Positions 23,196 to 33,550 of a stretch of 42,293 bases of DNA are shown here, one piece after another. This DNA comes from Actinomycetes bacterium (GTDB lineage Bacteria; Actinomycetota; Actinomycetes; Mycobacteriales; SCTD01). The translations under genes were made by a program, and so were the position numbers. Location: contig JBKHYE010000091.1 in assembly GCA_046565705.1 (NCBI GenBank), positions 1-42,293 of the forward strand. Reading direction: 5' to 3'. The notes under the pieces were generated by a model. That model ran no database searches. It was not told the origin of the DNA and was given only the letters and a program-made list of their open reading frames with translations. Numbering within the stretch: the stretch's first letter is position 1; each line of letters begins with the position of its first letter.

Positions 23196-25961
23196 TCAGC
23201 CGGTGTTGCGCAGTCCTGCCGCGATGCCGTTGATGGTCGTGAGCAGCGCGCGCTGCTCGTCGGCGTCCGCCTCGTCACCGGCGGCGAGCGCGGCACGACG
23301 GCGGGCGAGCAGCTCGACCTGCAGCGCGTGCAGCGGCGCGAGGTAGGCCTCCCGCACGCGCAGCGTCCGCTGCAGCAGCGGGTGGGCGGCGAGCAGGTCG
23401 GTGCCGCCCGTCAGCCGCAGCACCTCCTCCATGGTGAGCCGGTGCTCCGCCACGACGACGTCGAAGACGCCGTGCAGGCGCGGCTCGACGAGGGCGTCGA
23501 CGTAGCGGCGGGCGATCGCGAGGTCCGTCTTCACCAACGTCATCTCCACGTTGCCGAGGAACGAGGCGAAGAACGGCCAGCCCTTGAGCATCTCGGCGAG
23601 GGCGTCGTCGAGCCCGGCGTCGCGGGCCGCCGCCAGGCCGGTCCCGACGCCGAACCAGCCGGGCACCACCATGCGGCTCTGCGTCCAGCCGAACACCCAC
23701 GGGATCGCGCGCAGGCTCTCGATGCCGGCGGGCCCGCCACCGGGCCGGCGGGCCGGCCGGGAGCCGATGTTCAGCCCGCCGAGCTCCTCGACCGGTGTGG
23801 CGAGGGCGAAGAACTCCGGCAGGTCCGGCGCGTCGACGAGCTCGCGGTAGCGGCGCTGCGCGGCCCGGGACACGACGTCCATGACCTCGTCCCAGGTCGC
23901 CAGCACGCCCGCGTCGGTGCGCGGTGCGCGGTTCAGGACCGACGCCTGCAGCAGGGACCCGACCAGCACCTCGACGTTGTGGCGGGCCAGGCGCGGCAGC
24001 GCGTACTTGTCGGAGACGACCTCGCCCTGCTCGGTCAGCTTCATCGCGCCGTCGAGGACGCCGTGCGGCGACGCGAGCACCGCTTCGGCCGCCGGTCCGC
24101 CGCCCCGGCCGACCGAGCCGCCGCGGCCGTGGAACAGCCTCAGCCGCACGCCGTGCCGCTCGGCGACGTCGCGCAGGCGGCGCTGCGCCCGCTGGATCTC
24201 CCAGCGCGACGTCGTCACGCCGGCGTCCTTGTTGCTGTCGGAGGAGCCGAGCATGACCTCCTGCACGTCGTCGCGCAGGGTGACCAGGCGCCGGTAGGAC
24301 GGGTCGCTCAGCATCGCGTGCAGCAGCTCGCCGGCGCTGCGGAGCTCCGCGACGGTCTCGAACAGCGGCACGACCCCGATGCGCGCGACGCCCCTCTCCT
24401 CGGTGAGGTCGACCAGTCCGGCCTCCCGTGCCAGCACGACGACGGCCAGCACGTCGTCGACGCCCTGGGCCATCGAGACGACGTAGCTCTCGACCACGTC
24501 CGGGCCGAAGACCTCGAGCGCCCCGCGGACCACCTCGAAGACCTGGAGCACCGGCTGCGCCGCGTCGGGCACGGCGCCAGGACGCACCAGCGGACGACGG
24601 CCGGTGAGCTCGCGCGACAGCACGGCGGTGCGCCAGCTGCGGTCGAGCTCGGCGTAGGGGTGGGACAGCTCGTGCACGCGGTCGAGCAGCGCACCGACGG
24701 CCTCGTGGTGACGGGCCGCGTGCTCACGCACGTCGAGCACCGCGAGGTCGAGCCCGACGGCGCGCGCGGTGCGCAGCGCGCGTGCCAGCGGGCCGTCCGC
24801 CACCAGCTCCCCGCAATTGGCCAGGAGCGACGTGCGCAGCAGCTCCAGCTCGGCGAGATACTCCGCCGACCCGAGGTAGTCGAGGCCGGGCCGGTGCTCG
24901 CGGCCCTCGGCCAGCCGGTCCTGCGTCGCGACCAGGCGGTGCCGGACGTAGCTGAGCTTCAGCCGGTACGGCTCCTCGGCGTTGAGCCGCACGAAGCGGT
25001 CATGGACGTGCGGCAGGAGCTCCCGGTCGCGCTCGAGGCTCTCGACGAGCTCGCGGCTCACGGCCGCCAGGCGCGTCGAGATGCTCAGTTCGCTGATGAG
25101 CTGGTCGACGAGGTCGATCTGCAGCGTCAGCGCGTGCTGGGCGTTGAGCCGCAGCACCTCCAACGTCGTCTCGGCGGTGACGTTCGGGTTGCCGTCGCGG
25201 TCACCGCCGACCCACGACCCGAACCGGACCGGCGCCGTGCCGGGCGGCAGCGCGACGCCCAGCCCGGCCAGACCCGACTCGAGCTCTTCGACCACGCGCG
25301 GCAGCACGTCGCGGGCCAGCTGGTCGAGGTAGTACACGACCGCCCGCGCCTCGTCGCTGACGTGCGGGCGGCCGACGCGCAGCTCGTCGGTCTGCCACAG
25401 CAGCTGCACCTGCTCACGCAGCCGGCGGTCGAGCACCGGCTCGGGCAGGTCGGCGTCGAGCAGGTCGGCGACCCGGCGGAGCGTGCGCAGCACCGACTGG
25501 CGCGACGCCTCGGTCGGGTGCGCCGTGAACACCGGTCGCAGCTCGAGCCGGTCGAGGACCGCCCGCACCAGGTCGGTGTCGGCGTCGCGGAGCTGCGCGA
25601 CGGCCTCGGCGACCGGACCGTGGCCGTCGTCGGCCTGCGCCTCGAGGTCGCGACCGCGGTGCACCTGCTCGGCCAGGTTGGCGAGGGCGAAGAACGTCGA
25701 GAAGGCGCGTGCGAGCAGGGCGGCCGTACTGCCGTCGAGGGTCCGCAGCAGCTCGCGCAGCTCGGCGGCACCCTCGCTGTCGCGGACGAGCCGACGCACG
25801 CGCTCGACGAGCTCGAACGCCTCGTCGCCGTGGTCGGCCCGCACCTGGTCGCCGAGCAGCCCGCCCAGCCGCCGGATGTCGGCCCGCAGCGCGCTGTGCG
25901 CCTGCTCCGTGCGGACCGCGGAGGCGGCGCTCGCCGGGTCGACCGCAGAGCGGTTGCCCAC
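23196..25961 (-). CDS. ppc: Phosphoenolpyruvate carboxylase
   Basis: VFTAHPTEASRQS, VMLGSSDSNKDAG, FHGRGGSVGRGGGP, LRAIPWVFGWTQSR and the C-terminal AAGLRNTG are all hallmark PEPC motifs. GTG 25961 is preceded by GGGGGAGGG with a 5-nt spacer. The 26207 start runs through the upstream gene's stop region. Confidence 0.95.
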   Translation of the reverse strand: MGNRSAVDPASAASAVRTEQAHSALRADIRRLGGLLGDQVRADHGDEAFELVERVRRLVRDSEGAAELRELLRTLDGSTAALLARAFSTFFALANLAEQVHRGRDLEAQADDGHGPVAEAVAQLRDADTDLVRAVLDRLELRPVFTAHPTEASRQSVLRTLRRVADLLDADLPEPVLDRRLREQVQLLWQTDELRVGRPHVSDEARAVVYYLDQLARDVLPRVVEELESGLAGLGVALPPGTAPVRFGSWVGGDRDGNPNVTAETTLEVLRLNAQHALTLQIDLVDQLISELSISTRLAAVSRELVESLERDRELLPHVHDRFVRLNAEEPYRLKLSYVRHRLVATQDRLAEGREHRPGLDYLGSAEYLAELELLRTSLLANCGELVADGPLARALRTARAVGLDLAVLDVREHAARHHEAVGALLDRVHELSHPYAELDRSWRTAVLSRELTGRRPLVRPGAVPDAAQPVLQVFEVVRGALEVFGPDVVESYVVSMAQGVDDVLAVVVLAREAGLVDLTEERGVARIGVVPLFETVAELRSAGELLHAMLSDPSYRRLVTLRDDVQEVMLGSSDSNKDAGVTTSRWEIQRAQRRLRDVAERHGVRLRLFHGRGGSVGRGGGPAAEAVLASPHGVLDGAMKLTEQGEVVSDKYALPRLARHNVEVLVGSLLQASVLNRAPRTDAGVLATWDEVMDVVSRAAQRRYRELVDAPDLPEFFALATPVEELGGLNIGSRPARRPGGGPAGIESLRAIPWVFGWTQSRMVVPGWFGVGTGLAAARDAGLDDALAEMLKGWPFFASFLGNVEMTLVKTDLAIARRYVDALVEPRLHGVFDVVVAEHRLTMEEVLRLTGGTDLLAAHPLLQRTLRVREAYLAPLHALQVELLARRRAALAAGDEADADEQRALLTTINGIAAGLRNTG

Positions 25962-25982
25962 CGCGCCCTCCCCCGTGTCGAC

Positions 25983-26007
25983 GTGCCGTGCCGTGCCGTG
26001 CCGTGCC
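25983..26007. repeat. Pentanucleotide microsatellite (GTGCC)5, equal to (GGCAC)5 on the ppc sense strand
   Basis: There are five perfect tandem copies, read directly as ac gtgcc gtgcc gtgcc gtgcc gtgcc gcc. They lie in the 53-nt spacer between the stop of the upstream gene (26015) and the ppc start (25961). Confidence 0.95.
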
Positions 26008-26014
26008 GCCGAGA

Positions 26015-26656
26015 CTAGGCAGTCACGACCCGCACGCTCACGTCGTCGGTGCCGGTCGCCTGCATCAGCGCGACCCAGAACAGCACGTACGCCTCGGTCG
26101 CGCGGGCTGCGGCGAGCGGACCGAGGTCGAGCAGCGCGCCGTCGGACCAGCCGAGGTCGCGCAGCAGGCGGCGGACGTCGGCCTTCGCGCCGTCGTCGTC
26201 GCCGCACAGCGGCATGGTGTGCTCGCCGGCGATCCGCGCCGGGTCGACCATCACCGACGCGTTGACCGTGTTGAGGGTCTTGACGACGCGCGCCGCCGGC
26301 AGCGCCGCCTGCACCTGCTCGGCCAGGCTCTCGGCGGTCGTGAACAGCCGCGGCGGGAACCCGTGCGAGAAGTCGAGCGGGTTCGTCACGTCGACGACGA
26401 CCTTGCCGTCGGCCGCGGCGCCGAGACCGCTGACGACGTCGAGCACCGCAGTGCCGGGCAGCGCCAGGACGACGACGTCCGAGGCAGCCGCCGCGTCAGC
26501 GGACGTCGCGGCACCGCCGCGGTGCTGCGCCGCCCACTCGGCACCAGCACCTGAAGCCGGGTCGCGCGTGCCGAGGAGGACCTCGTGCCCGGCCCGCTCG
26601 AACCCGCTCGCGAGCGTGGTCCCGACCGTGCCTGTCCCCAGTACCGCGATCCGCAC
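26015..26656 (-). CDS. NADPH-dependent F420 reductase-like NAD(P)-binding oxidoreductase
   Basis: VRIAVLGTGTVGTTLASGFERAGHEVLLGTRDP is a Rossmann GxGxxG motif followed by a short N-terminal domain typical of Npd/FNO-like proteins. GTG 26656 is preceded by GAGGGGGG. The upstream part of the 375-aa ORF is Arg/Pro-rich junk. Confidence 0.75.
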   Translation of the reverse strand: MRIAVLGTGTVGTTLASGFERAGHEVLLGTRDPASGAGAEWAAQHRGGAATSADAAAASDVVVLALPGTAVLDVVSGLGAAADGKVVVDVTNPLDFSHGFPPRLFTTAESLAEQVQAALPAARVVKTLNTVNASVMVDPARIAGEHTMPLCGDDDGAKADVRRLLRDLGWSDGALLDLGPLAAARATEAYVLFWVALMQATGTDDVSVRVVTA

Positions 26657-26778
26657 GACGACGCCCCCCTCACGCGGACCGCAGCGTACGGCCGCCTTCC
26701 CGGGGCGACCGAGGGTTGGGCCGCGGGGGTCGGGTAGCCCGGAACGGGACGAACCCGAACGAGAGGAGAGACAGCACA

Positions 26779-26955
26779 ATGCGTTCACGTGCCACGGCAC
26801 TGTCCTTGGCCGGCCTGCTGGCGCTCGGTGGCGTCGCTGCCTGCACCGAGGGCGAAGAGGACCAGGTCGAGCAGCAGGTCGACGAGGGCGTCCAGGACGT
26901 CGAGGGGGGCGCCGAGGACGCCGGCGAGGAGATCGACGAGGAGACCGAGGAGTAG
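26779..26955 (+). CDS. Small, extremely acidic putative lipoprotein (58 aa precursor)
   Basis: GAGAGGAGAG lies 8 nt before ATG 26779. The signal peptide plus lipobox is MRSRATALSLAGLLALGGVAAC. The mature part, TEGEEDQVEQQVDEGVQDVEGGAEDAGEEIDEETEE, is about half Asp/Glu. Confidence 0.55.
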   Translation: MRSRATALSLAGLLALGGVAACTEGEEDQVEQQVDEGVQDVEGGAEDAGEEIDEETEE

Positions 26956-26964
26956 ACGGGCTCC

Positions 26965-27171
26965 TCAGCCGCAGCAGCCGCCACCGCAGCACCCGCCCGA
27001 GGGCGCTGCGGCCGGCGCAGCGGCGGCACCGCCTACGGCGACCGCGGTGAACACCCGCGACGTCTGCGCGTGCCCCTGCGGACACGGCACCGGCGTCTCC
27101 GACTCCTCGAGACCGCGACGCACCTCGAAGGTCGCGTCGCACGTGCGGCAGCGGTAGTCGTAGCGCGGCAC
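26965..27171 (-). CDS. FmdB-family zinc-ribbon protein with a Cys-rich C-terminal tail
   Basis: PRYDYRCRTCDATFEVRR...PCPQGH is the FmdB CxxC...CP zinc-ribbon signature. The tail is an Ala/Gly linker ending in GGCCGGGCCG. GTG 27171 follows GGGGAGGG. Confidence 0.8.
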   Translation of the reverse strand: MPRYDYRCRTCDATFEVRRGLEESETPVPCPQGHAQTSRVFTAVAVGGAAAAPAAAPSGGCCGGGCCG

Positions 27172-27230
27172 TGGCCCTCCCCGTTCGTCTCGCGACGGCA
27201 CCAGTGTGCGTCAGCGACCGGCGGGAGCGC

Positions 27231-27899
27231 TCAGAGCGGGTCCAGGCCGGCGGTGGTCGGCCGCGCGTGCTCGGCGGTGACCACGGAAGGCACCTCCTGA
27301 GGTCGGCGCACGGTCAGGACGACAGCGGCGACGAGGATCCACAGCACGAGCAGGAGCATCGGGAAGAACATGAAGGCGACGAGCTGGAGCACGGCGACGA
27401 CGACGCCCGCCCAGCACAGCCAGTCGGGCAGCGCCCCGGTGCCGCGCAGGCCGAGCGAGGCGGACGCGACCGCCAGGCCGAGCAGCATCATGCCGGCGAC
27501 GAGGAAGCCGTACTGAGCGCTGGACGCGAAGGCGACGACCTCCGCGGTGACGCCGGTGTCGGCTGCGGCCTCGCCCAAGCCGAACAGCGTGGCGAGGCTG
27601 CCCATGACGAGCGCGGCAGCCCCCGCCACCGGTGCCAGGCTCAGCGCAGCCAGCACGGTGCGCGTCGGAGCGGCGCCGACGACGAGGTCGCGCACGCCGG
27701 CGAAGAAGGTCAGCAGGAAGGCGGTCGAGACCGCGCCGACGAGGAACGCCGTCGCCAGCCGGTCGGCCGCGTCGGGCAGCTCCTGCGCCGCCTCCTCGGC
27801 GGTGGACCCGCCGGCGTCGCCGACCAGCACGACCGTGAGCACGAACAGCACCGCGAACAGGACCCCGCTCAGGGGCCACCACCGCTGCCAGGCACGCAT
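27231..27899 (-). CDS. Hypothetical polytopic membrane protein (about 6 TM segments)
   Basis: The start is ATG and TM periodicity is consistent (WWPLSGVLFAVLFVLTVVLV..., ...VLQLVAFMFFPMLLLVLWILVAAVVL). No family was recognised. Confidence 0.6.
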   Translation of the reverse strand: MRAWQRWWPLSGVLFAVLFVLTVVLVGDAGGSTAEEAAQELPDAADRLATAFLVGAVSTAFLLTFFAGVRDLVVGAAPTRTVLAALSLAPVAGAAALVMGSLATLFGLGEAAADTGVTAEVVAFASSAQYGFLVAGMMLLGLAVASASLGLRGTGALPDWLCWAGVVVAVLQLVAFMFFPMLLLVLWILVAAVVLTVRRPQEVPSVVTAEHARPTTAGLDPL

Positions 27900-27980
27900 C
27901 GGACACCTCCGTCGTCGGTGGCGGCAAGGTGACGCTCGGGCGGCAGGCGGTCAACCCGCCACGCCGTGGCGACGCGCGGG

Positions 27981-28292
27981 CTACCGCGCGGCGCGCGTCG
28001 GCGTAGCGACCCGGAACGCCGCAGCCCCCATGACGACCGCGACGAGGACGACGGCGGGCCACGCGCCGACCAGCGGCGCGAGCAGGTGGGCGGCGACGAA
28101 GAGTGGGGCGTACAGCACGACGAGCCCCACGGCTGCGCCCGTACCCGCCTGCCGTCGCCACTGCGCGGCGCACCACGCGAGGGCGGCGACCAGCACGACG
28201 CCGCCGGCAGCACGTACACCGGTGACCTGAGCGACGGCGAAGCCCACGACCAGCGAGCCGCCGGCGAGCGTTGACGTGGCGACGGGCGTCAC
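27981..28292 (-). CDS. Hypothetical small membrane protein (about 3 TM segments)
   Basis: The 103-aa ORF is hydrophobic (LVVGFAVAQVTG..., VVLVAALAWCAAQW, LVVLYAPLFVAAHLLAPLVGAWPAVVLVAVVMGAAAF) and lies directly upstream of guaA on the same strand. Confidence 0.5.
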   Translation of the reverse strand: MTPVATSTLAGGSLVVGFAVAQVTGVRAAGGVVLVAALAWCAAQWRRQAGTGAAVGLVVLYAPLFVAAHLLAPLVGAWPAVVLVAVVMGAAAFRVATPTRAAR

Positions 28293-28302
28293 GGCCGCGC
28301 TG

Positions 28303-29919
<1,617 letters not shown>

Positions 29920-29922
29920 TGC

Positions 29923-32900
29923 TCAGGCGAGCCGGAGCTCGCAGGCCGGCTGCGGCCGCCCGTAGAGCCAGCCCTGCGCGACGTCGACGCCCAGCTCGCG
30001 CAGCCGGCCGGCGACCTCCGGCGTCTCCACGCCCTCGGCGACGACGTCGAGCCCGATCGCGTGCGCCATCGTGACGACGCCGCCGACGATGGCGGCGTCG
30101 CGCTCGTCGCGGTCGACCCGCCGGTTGAAGGAGCGGTCGAGCTTGAGCCGGCTGACCGGCAGGTCGCGCAGGTAGGACAGCGACGACCACCCGGTGCCGA
30201 AGTCGTCGATGGAGCATGCGATCCCGGCCGCGGCCAGGGTCGCGATCGCCTCCCGCGCGCGGTCGTCGGCGAGCGCCGACTCGGTGAGCTCGACCGACAG
30301 CGCGCCCTCGCCGCGCAGCAGTTCCTCGCGCAGCGCGTCGACGACGTCGGGGGGCCGCAGCGCGAGCGCGGAGACGTTGACGGCGACGGTGCCCGGCCAC
30401 CCGGCCGCGCGCCACTCACGGGCCTGCCGTGCGGCAGTGCGGACGACGTGCCGGGTCAGCCCGTGCACCAGGTCGGTCTGCTCGGCGGTCGGCAGGAACT
30501 CACCGGGCAGCAGCAGCCCGCGCTCGGGGTGCTGCCAGCGCAGCAGCGCCTCCACCTCGACGACGCGCCCCGACGCGAGGTCGACCAGCGGCTGGTAGTG
30601 CAGGACGAGCTGACCGCTCGACAGCGCGACGCGCAGCTCGGACAGCAGCGCCAGCCGCTCGGAGCGGCGGCTGTCGAGGACCGCATCGTAGACCGCCGAG
30701 CCGCTGCGCTCGGTCTTCGCCCGGTACATCGCCATGTCGGCGGCCTGCAGCAGGTGCTCGACCGCGGCGCCGTGGTCCGGCGCCACCGCGATGCCGGTGC
30801 TCGTCGACAGGGTCACGTCGATGCCGCGCAGCGCGAACGGCTCGCCGACGCAGCGTGCCAGGTCCTGCGCGACGTCCGCCGCCGTCTCCGCGCCGCAGCC
30901 GTCGAGCACGACGGCGAACTCGTCGCCGCCGAGCCGCGCCACGTGCGCGCGCCGGCCGACCACCTCGGTCAGGCGGCGGCCGAGCTGGATGAGGACCTCG
31001 TCGCCCGCGCCGTGCCCGAGCGAGTCGTTGACGTCCTTGAAGTCGTCGACGTCGAGCAGCAGCAGCGCGACGGGCTCGCCGGTCGCCCGCCGGTTCCGCA
31101 GCGCCTGCGCGAGCGTCTGGTGCACGCCGGCGCGGTTCGGCAGCCCGGTGAGGTCGTCCGTCGTCGCCTGGGCGAGCACCCGCGACGCGATCTCGTCGCG
31201 CTCGACCGCTCCCGCCAGCACCGCAGCCACCGTCTGCATGAAGTCGGCATCGACGTCGGTGAAGCAGCCGGGAGCCTCCGCCGTCGCGGTGACGGCGCCC
31301 CACACCTCCCCGTTCACGAGGACCGGTGCGAGGGCGCCGCTGCGCACGCCGTACTCCTGCACGACGGAGGTCTCGTCGATCAGACCCGGGCGTGCGTAGT
31401 CCTCGACGAGCACCGGGCGGGCGGTGCCGGCGAGCACGCTGAGACCGGCACGCTTCCCGACCTCGAGCGTGGTGCCGACGTGGTTCGGCTCGTTGCACCC
31501 CAGCACGACCCAGCTGTGGTCACCGATGCGCTGGAGGACACCGGTGTCGCGCGCGTCGAGCACCTCGCCGATGGACTTCGCCACCGTCATGTAGAGCTCG
31601 TCGAGGCCCGCGGTCAGGGCTGTCGCGCCGATCGCGGCGAGCGCGGCCTGCTGCCCCGCGCGGGCAGCCAGCCGCTCGGTCGCCGCGCGCTCCTCGGTGA
31701 CGTCGCGCACCGTCAGCACGACGCCGCCGACGGCGGGGTCGTGCAGCAGGTTGTTCATGACGGCGGACACCCGCCGCAGCCGGCCGTCGACGTCACGCAC
31801 GCGGACGTCGACCGGTGCGGACAGGCCCGGCTGCTCGAGCGCTGCGCGCCAGCTCCGGGCGACGACTCCCTGGTCGTCCGGGACGACCGAGGCCATCAGC
31901 GTCTCGCCGAGCCGCCGCCCGAAGATGCGCGCCGCCGCGGGAGAGGCGTAGGTGATGGCCCCCTCGGCGTCGGCCATGAGCAGCAGGTCGGAGCAGTGCT
32001 CCACCAGCGCCCGGGCGCGCGACCGGCTCGACCGCGCGGCTCCCAGCAGAGCGGCGTTGTCGAGGGCGAGCGCGACCCGCTCGGCGAGCGCGTCCACGAG
32101 CCGGCGGTCGTCGGTGCTGAGCGGCCGCGACCGGCTGCCGACGAGCAGCAGACCGACGGTCTGACCTCGGGCCGCGAGCCGGACGCCGTACAGCGACGCG
32201 ACCGCGACGTCGTCGGCGCAGCCCTGCAGCGACGCGACGCCGGCGGCCAGCGCGGCGACCTCGTCACGGCCGACGACGTACGCCCTGCCCTCGCGCAGCA
32301 CGCGCGGCAGGAACGTGGCGCCCTCGTGCACCCAGTTGCGCAGCCAGGGCTGCAGCAGGTCCTCGACCGCGGGGTCGGGGTGTGTGACCGCCGCCCGACC
32401 GACCTGCACGCCGTCGGGCGCCTCGTGCAGCAGCCAGGCGGCGCAGGCCGCACCCACCTCGGCCGCGACGGCACGCACGGCGGCGTCGAGCACGTCCGAG
32501 GGGTTGCCGAGCGCCTCGTCGCAGCGCCGGGTGACCTCGACGACCGCACGCTCGCGTCGAGCGGTGCTGCGCTCGAGCGCCAGCAGCAGGACGTCGGCGA
32601 GGACGCGGGAGACCTGCGCGGCCACGAGCGAGGCGAAGGCGACGTCGTCGTCGCAGAAGCTGCGGTCGCCGTGCCGGCCGACGGCGACGAGGCCGAGCAC
32701 GCGCCCGTCCCACTGCAGCGGGACGAGCAGCAGGTAGCGCACGGGGTGCGCGGCCAGCCACGACGTGTACTCGTCCATCACCGGCGACGGGTCGGACGCT
32801 CCCCACGGGTCGCGGAGCACCGTCGGTCGGCCGGCCGCGCACCCGGTGCCGAAGACGCCGACGTCGGTGCGGAGCGGCCGCAGCGCGTACAGCCGGCGCA

Positions 32901-33504
32901 GCTCCGCCTCCGACGCCGGGTCGCCGGTGCGCACCGACGCCGCCTCCAGCGTGGCGGCGTCGGCCGGGTCGACGAAGAAGACCGAGACCCCGCCGCCGAG
33001 CGCCGCGTGCACGGCGTCGGCCGTCGCGTCGGCGACCGCTGCGGGCCCCCGGTGCGAGGCACTCAGGCGCTCGGCGAGCCGCAGCAGCGCAGCCGTGCGG
33101 ACGGCAGCCGTCGCGAGCACCCGCTCGGCCTCGTCGCCCGCTCCGCAGGTGGCGTGCTCGACGACGAGCGCGACGGTGCCCTGGGCGTCACGCACGCCGG
33201 TGCGCCGCACCACGACGTCGTGGCTCGTCCCGTCCCGTCGCACGTACCGGTCGGGGACGGTGACGACGTCCGACCGCCCGGTGGTGAGCTCGCTCAGGGA
33301 CGTCGTGACGGACTGCTCGGCTCCGGTGACCGCACCGAGGTCCGCGCCGAGCAGCTCTGGCTCCGTGCGGCCGAGCAGCCGGCACATCGCCGCGTTGGCA
33401 CGCAGCAGCCGGCCGTCGCACGAGACCAGCGACATGGCCACGGGCAGGTCGTCGAAGGCGGAGAAGTCCTCGAGCAACCGGGCGGCAGGCCCGGGCAGGC
33501 CCAA
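29923..33504 (-). CDS. Multi-sensor c-di-GMP turnover protein: PAS-GAF-GAF-PAS-GAF-GGDEF-EAL
   Basis: GGDEF is intact (HVARLGGDEFAVVL). The EAL set is intact (EALLRWQHP, NVS, ELTES, DDFGTGWSSLSYL, KLDRSF, EGVET, QG). Two PAS-like and three GAF-like segments lie upstream. I prefer TTG 33504 as the start because it follows GGAG and avoids the 44-nt overlap with guaB3 that the 33594 start implies. Confidence 0.9.
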   Translation of the reverse strand: MGLPGPAARLLEDFSAFDDLPVAMSLVSCDGRLLRANAAMCRLLGRTEPELLGADLGAVTGAEQSVTTSLSELTTGRSDVVTVPDRYVRRDGTSHDVVVRRTGVRDAQGTVALVVEHATCGAGDEAERVLATAAVRTAALLRLAERLSASHRGPAAVADATADAVHAALGGGVSVFFVDPADAATLEAASVRTGDPASEAELRRLYALRPLRTDVGVFGTGCAAGRPTVLRDPWGASDPSPVMDEYTSWLAAHPVRYLLLVPLQWDGRVLGLVAVGRHGDRSFCDDDVAFASLVAAQVSRVLADVLLLALERSTARRERAVVEVTRRCDEALGNPSDVLDAAVRAVAAEVGAACAAWLLHEAPDGVQVGRAAVTHPDPAVEDLLQPWLRNWVHEGATFLPRVLREGRAYVVGRDEVAALAAGVASLQGCADDVAVASLYGVRLAARGQTVGLLLVGSRSRPLSTDDRRLVDALAERVALALDNAALLGAARSSRSRARALVEHCSDLLLMADAEGAITYASPAAARIFGRRLGETLMASVVPDDQGVVARSWRAALEQPGLSAPVDVRVRDVDGRLRRVSAVMNNLLHDPAVGGVVLTVRDVTEERAATERLAARAGQQAALAAIGATALTAGLDELYMTVAKSIGEVLDARDTGVLQRIGDHSWVVLGCNEPNHVGTTLEVGKRAGLSVLAGTARPVLVEDYARPGLIDETSVVQEYGVRSGALAPVLVNGEVWGAVTATAEAPGCFTDVDADFMQTVAAVLAGAVERDEIASRVLAQATTDDLTGLPNRAGVHQTLAQALRNRRATGEPVALLLLDVDDFKDVNDSLGHGAGDEVLIQLGRRLTEVVGRRAHVARLGGDEFAVVLDGCGAETAADVAQDLARCVGEPFALRGIDVTLSTSTGIAVAPDHGAAVEHLLQAADMAMYRAKTERSGSAVYDAVLDSRRSERLALLSELRVALSSGQLVLHYQPLVDLASGRVVEVEALLRWQHPERGLLLPGEFLPTAEQTDLVHGLTRHVVRTAARQAREWRAAGWPGTVAVNVSALALRPPDVVDALREELLRGEGALSVELTESALADDRAREAIATLAAAGIACSIDDFGTGWSSLSYLRDLPVSRLKLDRSFNRRVDRDERDAAIVGGVVTMAHAIGLDVVAEGVETPEVAGRLRELGVDVAQGWLYGRPQPACELRLA

Positions 33505-33550
33505 TGCGGTCTCCGTAGCGTGCGGGGGTAGGGCGACGGCGCCGCCCAGG

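Noticed and set aside
23175-26018. 947-aa + strand ORF antisense to ppc.
   Set aside because: The opposite strand encodes a complete, motif-perfect PEP carboxylase. The + frame has no recognisable domain and has shadow-frame composition.
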